A DNA stretch of 64,000 nucleotides from Camelus ferus (Eukaryota). Position numbers and translations under genes: made by a program. The notes below the pieces were generated by a model that had not been told where the DNA came from, ran no database searches, and saw only the letters and a list, made by a program, of their open reading frames with translations. Position 1 is the first letter of the stretch, and each line of letters opens with the position of its first letter. The stretch spans positions 56,112,001-56,176,000 of the forward strand of contig NC_045696.1 in NCBI RefSeq assembly GCF_009834535.1. Reading direction: 5' to 3'. Shown in pieces: positions 26,911 to 38,720 of the stretch.

Positions 26911-29900
26911 AAACAGTATGTACTGCTAATATGTTGAATTCTAGGGGAACTAGTTCGTGTTATTTTGTATCCATTTATAACATGATCTTACATATCTCAC
27001 CGTTTCATGCTGTAAGTTTTTAGTTTTATTTCTCATTTTTTCTTTGTCGTTTTGGAGTCAACTTATTTTTATTTTAGAGCTAAGTGTCCTTGAATATCCT
27101 TTAATCCAGCCATCTCATTTTTTTTAAATTAGGAAACTCAGAGATACTGTTGACCAAGTTCTGCAACTAGTCAGAGAGAGACCAGGAACAAGACTTTAGG
27201 TCTGACTTACTTCCAATATGCAATACTGCGTATCTTTATTGCCTTGGTTATAAATTACATACCACCAGTGTTCTGGTCTTCCTGGGAGTGTATCTGTCCA
27301 GACTACACACAGACCTTTAAGTTTTATCTTTAAGTTAAGATATTAGTTTTTGATTGTTTGTTGCTATATATCATTCCACATTCCTTCCAGCACTGTGGTC
27401 AAAGCAGCAGAGCCAAACAAATAATCTCTGGGAAAATGAAAATAATTCCCATAAATAACTGTTCATTCAGATCCTAAAATTTTTAATACAGTCAATATTA
27501 TTTGTTGTTAGTATTCTAGTTGTTGAACTAAAACTAACTTGACCCCTTTTAGTGGCACTCATGAATTTCTTCCAGCTCTCCCTGGAGTTTATTTCCTTTG
27601 GATTATCATTTCAATATCTAGAAGAGTACAGCTTACCTAGCAATTTTATTCTTCTAAATTATTTATAAAATATTAAAGAACAATTCTGACATCAGTTCCT
27701 TTGATAAGTATAAACAGCTCCACCTCTCATTTATTTACCAGAATAATCCATTTATACCCAAATTTTCTCAAATCTATTTATAAGGATCTTTTATAGCCAT
27801 TTTTCACCCATAAGATCACAACAGAAAAATGGATAGTCACATAAAAGTGGCAAGTTTAGTTTTAAAAAAATGGAGAGAGCACTGCAAATTAGAGCACTCT
27901 GAGTTTCACTTTAGAATCTGATTCACATCGTACTTATAAGAGTTCCTATCTTATGTAAATTTATTCCTGCTATTGTAAATTACAGTAGTCTAAAACCAAA
28001 GACCCTCAACTCAAGATTTATAGTAATTTAAGAATATTAGAAGATAATGCATTACCTCAGGTAGTTGAAATACTATGCCCACTTTAGACGTGGCGGAGGA
28101 TAAGGTAGGCTATAAGAAAATGTCCAGGACATAGAAAGTCAGATAAGCAGGTAGGCTGACCACATTTATGTGTATCACTATTTTACAACAGGAAAATTGG
28201 CTTGAAAATAATTGCTGCAAAGATATGGAACCTCCTAATTATCGTAAATGAGTTACAATAAATTTTATAAATAAGCAATCTACTGCTTTCAAATGAAGGA
28301 AGTATACCCCTTTGATAAGCTGGCCTTCTGTAACACTTGATTTTGTTGCCCATCTATAACTTGTTCTCAGTCCCCTGTTCGCATCGTTTCCTTTTAACAC
28401 ATTTCTACACTCATTTTAAAATCTCTTTCTCTGATTCTTTCCCCATTTCCTTTTGTTTTCTCTTACTCCTCCTTTTACTGTCCTTTTCACTTGCTTTCTG
28501 GAACCCCTTTCTATTTCAACATTACTTTCCTCATGTCTAGATACTCTCATCCCTGTACCCCAAGACATCCGAAGTCTGCCTGAGTTTGCATGTTGCTTTC
28601 TGGGTGCCACTAAATATCCTGTTTTAACTCTCATTTAAAAAGCAGTTTCCCCTTCTGGCCTAACCAAGAAGCCATTACGCCTCCTTATCTCCCTACAAAA
28701 CGCCACTCCTTCAGATAACCCAGCTGAGTGGTAGAGCAGTAGGCTCTTCAAACTAAGTCACACTAATGTAAATCGTTGATAATCTTCACTCCTCGCCTGC
28801 CCAACCCCAATCCTGTCCTGTGCCCTACGGGGGAAAATGCCTGCCAAAATAATTTTACTTGTAAATATCTCAAAAAAGAATTGGATAGAAAATTGGGATT
28901 GGGGATGTGTGTGGTGAAATCAGCTGGAGACTCACTTTTAAACATACAAAATCACCTATTTCCCAAGATATTTCAGCCTTGAAATAGGCAAGGAATTGGT
29001 AAATAAAGAGAAAACTGATCTTTGTTGAGATTTCCTGATTCTGCATGCTTCCTAAGGCCTGAGTCAGTTATGTCCAACCTTTGAGATCCAATGACTGAAG
29101 GAAAGGGAGAGAAGCAGTTATGCCAAAGGTCTGTCCAGGTTTCCAATGCGCCTGGATGAAGATAATACTGTCAGTCAGGGGATCCTAGAACACTGAAGCC
29201 CCAGTGCCAGAAAAATGAGAGGTGTGACAGTCTTCCGATTTATGCATCCAGAAAGTCAGAAGGATCTCAGTTTTCTGTCCCATATCTATTCAACTCTCTT
29301 CTTCCTCTAGCTGATCACAGAAATACTTGTTTTCATTATATGAAAGTAATACTAATTACCATCTATGGCCATTTACTCACAGCACAGTAACAAACATCAA
29401 ATTTTAGTTAGCTGTAAGCTTTACTATATTTTACTCAAGTGTTTAACCTTCATAGTTCTGTTCATGTGGTAGGTCTACCTTACTAATTAAAACAACCAAA
29501 CTAACAACTAAAGGGAATATTAGAAACGCCCAATAAGTACTGGCTGCATGAATTAATAAATACTGTGTGTATTTAACATGGCATGTAGCACTCACCCAAG
29601 CATTCACTGAGCACCTACTATATGCAGACCAGGGATTATCTTAAGTTCATTTGGGAGAAGTAAGATAGACTTCCTGAAAATTTACTTTAAGAATGGAGGG
29701 AGGTTTTATTCCGCCTACAGCAGAATCTCACTAATGACCCCTGCCCACACCCTACAGTGGTTCCCATCTCTGTGTTCTTTCTAACTATACAACCAACTGG
29801 AAAGTTGGTTCTTCTTCTTCAACCTCTTCAATTACCCAGTTTTATTCTGATCATCCATTAATTGCTATTAATTAGTACATGCTCTAAAGTTGCATCTGCA

Positions 29901-31082
29901 TAACAGTTACATCTTTGCCTTAGTAAACAAGATCACAGTTTGCAAAGACTGATCCAAAATCAGAATATGGAGGATCAAACAAAATGACATCAAATAACAC
30001 CTCTTCCCTGGACAGCTGTGTCCTCATCTAGAAACACTGTTTTTAATATAATAGTGATACAGAAGGAAAGGGAGAAAGTACTACTCTAAGTGATCACAGC
30101 CCAGTTTTGGAAGACAGAGCGGCATTTTAAAACTTTAATAAAGGAGGGCCATATCACAAAATGATGTCATGTTCAATTTAACACATTTAATTTTACGAAA
30201 AACCATTTCAAGGATATATTTACAGGGTCTATTTGAATAGATACAAAGATTCATGTACATCCTCCTATCCTCCTTCTCACTGATATCCACAGAAGCACAT
30301 AAACACTCTAATAGCCACAGAGGTTGCCAACCATACCTACACACACCAAATCCCAATATTCAAATATTCTTCAACTCCTCAAAGACATATGCACATTCAG
30401 ACATACACAGAGCTATATTTATGTTTGATATTCTAGGCAAATATAAAAATCTGATCTCAAAATATCATTCTTCATTCCTTAACTTGTAAATGTTAGATAC
30501 GTATGAATAAAGTCTGAATTAAACTATTTACTCTTTAAAATGAGTCTTCTTTTTACTTTAGTTGATTCTTTTATTTAACAGTATAAAAACTGCCTATCTG
30601 CAAAAGTCCTTCCAATATTTCCAAGACCATATTCTAAAATCTAAGCCAATTTATTTTTGTTAATTGTATGAATGCAATTTATTAGAAAACAGGTAAATAG
30701 CATTTACCAGGTCCTGATTCATTATACTGCATAAGCTTAGGACCACAATGAGAAAACACTTCACATCCACTAAGATGGCTATTAAAAAAAAAAAAGGGAA
30801 ACCAAGTATTGGTGAGGATGTGGAGAAACAGGAACCCTTTTACACTGCTGATGGGAATGTAAAATGTGCAAGCCACTGTGCAAACTAGTTTGGCAGTTTC
30901 TCAAAAAGTTAAACATAGAATTACCGTATGACTCAGTAATACCCCAAAGAACTGAAAACAAGTAAACAAATTCATACTTGTACACAATAGTCCTAGCAGG
31001 ACTATTCAAAATAGCCAGAGGGTAGAAACAAACCAAATGTCTATCAGTAGATGAATGGATAAACAAATGTGGTATATCCTTA

Positions 31083-31415
31083 TGCTATGGACTGAATGTT
31101 TCTGTCCCCCTAGTCCCCAGTGTGATGGTATTTGGAGGTGGAGTCTTTGGGAGGTAATTAGGTCATGAGGGCAGAGCCTCATGAATGGGATTAATGGTCT
31201 TATAAGAAGAGACACAAGAGAGGTGATCTCTCTCCACCATATGAATAAGAAAGGAGCCATCTGCAAACCAGGAAGTGGTCTCTCACCAAACATCGAATTT
31301 GTCAGCACATTGGTCTTAAACTCCTCAGCCTCCAGAACTGTGAGAAATAAATCTTTATTGTTTATGCCACCCAGTCTATGGTATTTTGTTATAGTAGCCT
31401 GAACTGATTAAGACA
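31083..31415 (+). mobile_element. MaLR (MLT1A-like) solo LTR inserted in L1
   Basis: tgctatggactgaatgtt...aataaa...gtattttgttatagtagcctgaactgattaagaca; interrupts contiguous L1 sequence. Confidence 0.85.
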
Positions 31416-31657
31416 TGATACAGTAAAATATTATTCTGCCATAAAAAGGAATGAAATACTGGTAACATGTTACAACATGGACAAACCTTGAAAACATGCA
31501 AAGTGAACTGAAAGAAGCCAAACACAAAAGGTCACATATAGATTCCATTATAAGAAATATCTAGAATAGGAAAATCAATAGGCAGAAAGTAGACTGGTGG
31601 TTGCCAGGGGCTCTGGAGGAGAGGTTAATGCAAACTGATGGGTATAGAGTTTTCTTT

Positions 31658-31941
31658 TTTTTTTTTCTAACATTTTTTATTGATTTATAATCATTTTACA
31701 ATGTTGTGTCAAATTCCAGTGTTCAGTAAAATTTTTCAGTCATACATGGACATACACACTCATTGTCATATTTTTTTCTCTGTGAGCTACCATAATGTTT
31801 TGTGTATATTTCCCTGTGCTATACAGTATAATCTTGTTTATCTATTCTACAATTCTGAAATCCCAGTCTATCCCTTCCCACCCTCCACCCCCCTGGCAAC
31901 CACAAGTCTGTATTCTCTGTCTATGAGTCTATTTCTGTCCT
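31658..31941 (-). mobile_element. Young 5'-truncated L1-like 3' end
   Basis: Poly-T on +, perfect 16-bp TSD gtatagagttttcttt at 31642-31657 and 31942-31957. Confidence 0.85.
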
Positions 31942-33226
31942 GTATAGAGTTTTCTTTAGGAGAAATGAAAATGTTTTGGAATTTGAGAGAGTTGGTGGCT
32001 GCACAGCACTCTGAATGTACTAAACACCAATGAATTGTTTACAAGGATTCAGACCTTATGTGAATTTTATCTCAGTTTTTAAAAAGCTTAGAAATTTATA
32101 AAATAATAAGTTTAGTTGTTTTACATTTTATTTTCTTCAGTAATAATGGGAAATTATTAGCTGGTGACTAAAGAATCAAATGTAATTACTTCAAAAATGA
32201 TGCATGTGAATAGCGAAACTGAATTCTGAATTTTAAAACCTGACCAAATAAAAGGTTTACTAGTATCTCAGTTTTGATCAACACATATAGGTACATACAC
32301 ACATTGAAGAATATGTATCAAAATATGCCTCAATTTAAGGAGAATCATTCTCCAAACTATCCATCCTAAGTATCATCTTGTATGCATTTGTGTTTGTACC
32401 AAGTTGCTCACTTGACAAGCGGCTTTCCTGATTTGTATATTCTGAGAAACAAAGTACTGAAGATACTTAGTGTGAAAAAAACCTCAAAGTTTTCTTCAAA
32501 GTTTGGGAACTTTAAAGTCACCTAACAGAAGTGATAGGAAAAGAGGGAAAGAAATTTAGCATTGACTTAGTAGTTTCTGATGTCAATACTCCACAGTTGC
32601 AAGTGCTGGATGTCACTGTATAAAAAGCCTTTTAGAGACCCACTTTAAAAAGCAATCAAGTAAATAATTACACTGTGCAGACAATAAACATTATACCTAA
32701 CAGTACAAAAGGAAAAAAATGTACTATGTTATATAAATGGGTACATGAAGAATTTCCATCAACAGCTTCATATAGATTCAAAAAGTGCTTCATATCAAAA
32801 AAGTTAGGTGATGGAACCTAAAAAACTATACATATATAGATGGTTCAAAAAGTACCTCTATTGATTACAAAGACATAGATGTAAAAGATGCATGTAAAGA
32901 GTCTGAATAAAATTATTTTATGAAATTTAAGATTAAAAAAAATCCCTAACTTAGTATTAATTTTATTTAATATATAATTTTAAATATAGTCAAGTTAATA
33001 AAAAAGAACCCTTTTGAGATCTTCTAAATGGGAAAATAGAGGATCACTTTACATTAAATGATTATCAGCACATTCATCAGAAAAAAGATTGAAAAGAGCT
33101 ACACCATAAAATGCTAAAAGTGATTATTTTGAATGCTGAAAGTAACTATTCTGGGATTATGATTTTAATTTTCTCTATTCTTCCTCCGTCTTTTCAACAT
33201 TTTCTTCCATCTATACGTACTATTCT

Positions 33227-33360
33227 TTTTTTAATTTTTTTTTTTTTTTTCAGTGAGGGGAGGTAATTAGGTTTATTTGTTTAGTAGAGGTACTGGGAAC
33301 TGAACCCAGGACCTCATGCATGCTAGGTATGCACTCTACCACTGAGCTATACCCTCCCCC
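33227..33360 (-). mobile_element. tRNA-derived SINE (camelid Vic-1-like)
   Basis: A/B boxes on minus, poly-T, TSD tataYgtactattct at 33212-33226 and 33361-33375. Confidence 0.87.
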
Positions 33361-34981
33361 TATATGTACTATTCTTGATTAAAACAAAAGCAGTAAGAAT
33401 TAAAAATAAAATTTATTTTCTCAAGAGGTCTAAAACTTACATGACATGGAATCAAAGAATCTCTGTTCTAGAAGAGGCCCAAAAGATCTCACCTTCTCTC
33501 AGTCTAACCTTCTGCCAAACTAGAATAATCTTATTTATGAATTGTAATGCCTTCCAGCCTTTTCCTGATACAGAGATCAATATTTTACAAACAATTTGTT
33601 CCACTGTTACCAACTATAAATTCTTCATTTACTTATCAACAATTTTATTCAGTCTCTATTTATGCCAGGGGCTGAGGTCTTTACAATAAGCTCAAATAGG
33701 TACTGCTCTCTAATTTTGCTACTATTTTCATTTCACAATGTGGAGAAAGAACATACATCTATTCTTTTCTTTAGAAGACTGTCTTTGTGGTATTTTTAGA
33801 CAGCTCTCAGGAGTCCCTTACATCTTCACTTTTCCAGGCCCTATATTCAATTCTGCTCCTTTGTATACTCTACCTGTCATTCATTAATGTTCTTCTTAAA
33901 GAGGCACAGCCAGGACCTAAAACAACGTTCCAAATGATTTCTGATCAGCCCTAAATAGTCAAAATTGATAGTTTCAGGATATTTGAACATTTTTCTTTTA
34001 TGAGTGTAGACTGCATCAGCATTGCTTGAAGTTACATAGTTAATATTGACAGCTGAAGATTACAGTCAACTGAATCATCCAGCTATTTTACCAGCAACTC
34101 AGGTCTTCCAAATCTACAGCTTAAACAATGCAATGTTTTCCACATTCAATTTTAGAAAAGTTTAAATATGGGGGGAAAATCTGCCTTGTAATAAAGGAAA
34201 TATATCTATTTCCTGATCACACAGAGCTCTCTGTTTATTGCTTAAGCAATCTATTTATTGCTTGTTTTATCTACAGGGAATTGTACACTTTCAATGCTCA
34301 GTTGAAGAAGAAAAATCACATCATCAGAGCCAGTGTGGCTGATGAATGAATGAAAAATGAACACAGAAATGGTGAAGAAATGACTATCCCTGAGCTTTTC
34401 AGAAACCACCAATGCACAGACTCAGTTTTATTATCAATGTTTTCTCAGCAGCAGCAGTGATGCCAAGCCCCAGAAGGGATGAGAATTTCTCTTCTACATC
34501 CTTTTAATACATTTTAAGAGGGGATTTATAGGACTCCAGTTGTCCCCGTTTGTTTATTTAAATTTACAAAAATATAGACACCAATTTATTTTCAAGTTTA
34601 AAAAACTTGATATAAATCCTTGGGAAGCAAGAAATTTTAATAGTCTAAGTTTCAGATACAAATCTGAAGGTTAAATTAGCCTTTAATTAGTTGTTAATTA
34701 GTCTTGTTAGTGATAAATCTCACTCAGTGAAATCTCTATAACTTCTCACATGAGAAGACTCATAATCTACTAAAAATAAGAGGATATGCTTTTTGAAAAA
34801 ATTTACCTGCCACTATTTTGTACAAAACCATACAAGTGGTAGCCTAATAAGTGGTTAGATGGTTCCTACCTACACAAGTATTTAATATGCCCACTTTTAT
34901 CCGATATAGATTTTAATTAATAGAGTGTCACTTCACACACATATGTACCTTTCCCAGAAATGGTAGAAGAGCTAAGTGTTA

Positions 34982-35176
<195 letters not shown>

Positions 35177-35993
35177 CTACAGTATAAAAAAGAGAAAGTA
35201 CAGTTAATGTTTTATTGTAAGAATCTTAGCAAATTATCCTCTGAGTACTGAGTTAATTCCTACCACATACAAAATTATGGTTGAATTTGTGAAAGGAAAC
35301 TTCTAGAATCAAAAGGAGTTAACTACACATGATTTACCACACTGTGGTGAACTGCTAATTAAAGACTATATGAGAAAAGCTCAGGGAGGAAACTAGAGGA
35401 AATGGTAAAAAAAAAAAAAAAATCTATGTATACTAATCATAAAGCAGTACAATCAAACATGCACATAAAATATGACAGGCACAAAAGCAAGCCTGGGTCC
35501 TGGAGGCAAGCACAACTAGAAGAATATAAAATTAATTTTAAAGTTTTGACTGCTGTGGCAGTGGATAAAATGTTTCTTTTGTGTAAGTTTTTAGCAGAAT
35601 AACTGTTGATAATGGATAGCACTGTTTAAATTTGGCAATTAATTTCTTTTAAAAAAGAAAACCTGTTTACTCTAGGTCTATAGATGTTAATGATTTGGTA
35701 TTAGCTCTTCAATAAACAGAGCCTATCATTATTTGAAGAAATTCTTGAATACTCAGAACTTTACAAAATGTCCCAAACTGTTTTCTCAGGAACTGTTATC
35801 ATGAATATGGCCAGTTTACCCTCATTTGAAATGTCCTAGGGTTTTAACCAGGAAGAAACAAATGTGTTTTTCATTAAGAGCCATTAACTCACAGGAAAAG
35901 TAAACTGAAAGCTATACTGAAGCAAAATACAAATAAATTTGTTTAAAAGACTAAAAAGAATCCTACTCACTTTACGTCTTAAAACTCCTAATA

Positions 35994-36058
35994 GAACACT
36001 GGAATTTGACACAACATTGTAAAATGATTATAAATCAATAAAAAATGTTAAAAAAAAA
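35994..36058 (+). mobile_element. Extremely truncated (57 nt plus polyA) young L1-like 3' end
   Basis: Identical to the reverse complement of 31668-31724; TSD ctcctaata at 35985-35993 and 36060-36068. Confidence 0.85.
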
Positions 36059-37956
36059 CCTCCTAATAAATACATAAAACTATGAAAAAATATACTGCGT
36101 TCTAAATTATGGACAGTTAAAGAATAAAAGCAGAAAGGGGAAGAATAGAAATAAACATAAGCAGATGGATAGAAAGCCTCTGAAACTGAAGAAAAATGAA
36201 ACATACATGCCTTGATAGGAAGAATACAGAATCAAATAGAAGGTGTGACAGTGGTGGTAACACACAGAGAAACAGATGTGTAAGAATGGAGGGAAACAGA
36301 TCCACAAGTGAGGAAAGGACACGTAGACCGTGACAAGGCACCGAGGAGCCTGAGAGGCTAAAGTTTCCTAATGAGAAAGGCTCATGTAACATCTGGCTGT
36401 TCACCTAGGCTGAAAGCAGGAGAACCAGTTACTACCACAGAACTCATTAGATTTTAAGATACTATTTATAAGAGTACTTACTTTCTACAGTGAAAATTTT
36501 TTTCTTTTGTTTTTACACAAAGTTTATTATTAGTAAAGATGTTTTCCATGGACACTGAGAAATTGATTTGAGTAGATTATCAGAAACTTATTTCAAAACA
36601 TTAAAAGCCTTAGTCAATTTATTTGGCAATGTTAGAAAACCCTCTCTGTAAGGTCAAAACCTGCTCTGTCTTTATTCTTTTGAGTGATCTGACTTGCCTC
36701 AGTCAAGGAGCTAAGTTGTTATATTATTTGAAATGTTTAGATCTTCCACTGTTATTGGTCATTTCCCCCATTCTTGCTCCCCAGACAGGTCCATAATCAA
36801 ACTTAGAACGTAAAAGAAAATAATCAGTGCAAACATTTAGAAAAATTTTCATGAAAATATTAAGTACTACCGACATATTTTCTCTCTCAGGGCAGTTCGC
36901 ACTTATTTGACAGCATATGGATTTATTTTGCCAGCTAGTCTAATCAAAATGTTTCTGCACCAATATGGGAGCATATAAGGTAGAATTAAAGGTACCACCA
37001 CCAGAAGCAGAAACAACTATCTCCTAAATTCAAATGTAGGGTAGCCGAACAGTGAGTGTATTTTAAATGAAAAAAATTCGTGTTATATTAATGAAGATTT
37101 TCTGGTAAGGCTACTAACAAACCAGTACTGTAAGCATATTTCTGATTATGAAAAAAAAATCCATATCTTTTTGGTTTCTTAGTAGCAACAAGTGACCATT
37201 CATATTGGTACTAAGACATATATTAGCTTATTTTTGCAAGGAAATCCTAACTCATGGAATCAAAGAGTCAAAAACAATAAAGAAAAGAATTCATTCCAAG
37301 AGCCTACCTTAAAATCAAGACTTAACCTGCCTTTTAAAAACACATCCATTATTACTTTAAACTCTGAGAGATTCCTGATGAGAAAACCCTTGGTTCAGTA
37401 CTCTACAGATAAAGGTTAAGTGGAAAATTATGTGGGGTCAAAACCCAATCTTCCCAAAGTCCAGATTACTGACCATAAGACACGTTGTGGTAGCATGTAA
37501 CTTCCAAAACTTACAGGCCAAAATAGAAACAGCTCTTTTGAATCATCTTTGTGTCTGAAGAAAAGGAAACTAGTAACTACTGAGATCTGGTTTTTAATAA
37601 AGAAGTTTCTGCTGCTGTTTCATTCCTTACTTATTTAAATTGCTTAACACTCAATCTTTGGTTCTGTGGATTTTTGTCAATATTTATTATTTTAAAAATA
37701 GTAATTCTGAAACTCTACAACTCCTAAACTTCAGCTTAGATGTCAATAAATCACTCACGAGACTGACAATCTAAATATACCATAAGCAAAACCTATACCA
37801 TACAGTGAATGAAAACAGAAATCACAGCTACCTACGTTGTTTTTACTATTACATTTCAAGAATGAATAACTGTTTAACCTTTCAGAAAAAAAGTTGTCCC
37901 CCTGGTTTTATAGACCTGCCCTGAAATTTTGGGGAAAAAAAAAATTAAGTACATAC

Positions 37957-37995
37957 CCGCACTCCTGAGGTGAAATGTCCTGTTCCTGACGAATC
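37957..37995 (-). CDS. GSK3B: GSK3B alternative exon 8b (39 nt), DSSGTGHFTSGVR, the GSK3beta2 insert
   Basis: Translation equals the known 13-aa insert; ctttag| acceptor and |GTATGT donor; frame-preserving. Confidence 0.96.
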
Positions 37996-38597
37996 CTAAA
38001 GATGAGAATGCAGTGAAATAATCCAAACAGGGGAAGTCAATCCAAAAGAGAATAGTCCAGCAAGGAAAAATATATCCAATGTTATAAGAAATCCATGGTG
38101 TGGGGGGGACATAGAAAATGTTTATACAGTTATAAACTTTAAACATCAGTCTCCACAGTAGCAAGTCCAAGTTTTAAAAATTATTTCACCACAGTGTATG
38201 CAAAAAAATTTGATTGCGCAATGGTGAGGCACAGTAAAGAAACATTTTAATTTTAGTTTATTATGTTCCGATGCCAGTGCGTTTATTAAAAAAATACAAA
38301 ACCAAAAAAAGTTAAAATCAAAATGAAATCTAGAAGTAAAGTTCCCAAAGTAAAGTGTCTGGTCTTCTACGACCCGGATTCACCGTCCATTGACATGGCT
38401 GGGAGGGGGCATATTAGCCTGCTTTTAAAGATATGAATTCCCAATATGCTAATTTTTCTCTATCAGTGTATTCCAGTACACAGTATAAACATTTTTTAGT
38501 GATGAGAGGAAAGTAACAGATATATTTAATTTATATTACTATAGACTTCAAGCCAGATATTTTCAATTTGTGTGAGCTAAGAAGATCAGGCCACCGC

Positions 38598-38720
38598 GGA
38601 TTATTCTCCATTTTGGATTGACTTCCCTGCTAAAAGATATTTACTGACATTCTCATTATCTTAGGACTCTTCAGCAAATTGACATTATCACCTCAGGAGT
38701 GCGGGTATAAACTTACTTTT
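38598..38720 (+). repeat. Inverted copy of exon 8b and its flanking splice signals
   Basis: 38688-38708 is the exact reverse complement of 37953-37973 (21 nt); 38611-38627 is the exact reverse complement of 38031-38047 (17 nt); gapped similarity between them. Confidence 0.93.

Larger units (their letters stand above)
30740..32070 (+). mobile_element. Old L1M 3' portion hosting two nested insertions
   Basis: ccacaatgagaaaacacttcacatccactaagatggct, gatgaatggataaacaaatgtggtatatc and 3'UTR motifs. Confidence 0.85.
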
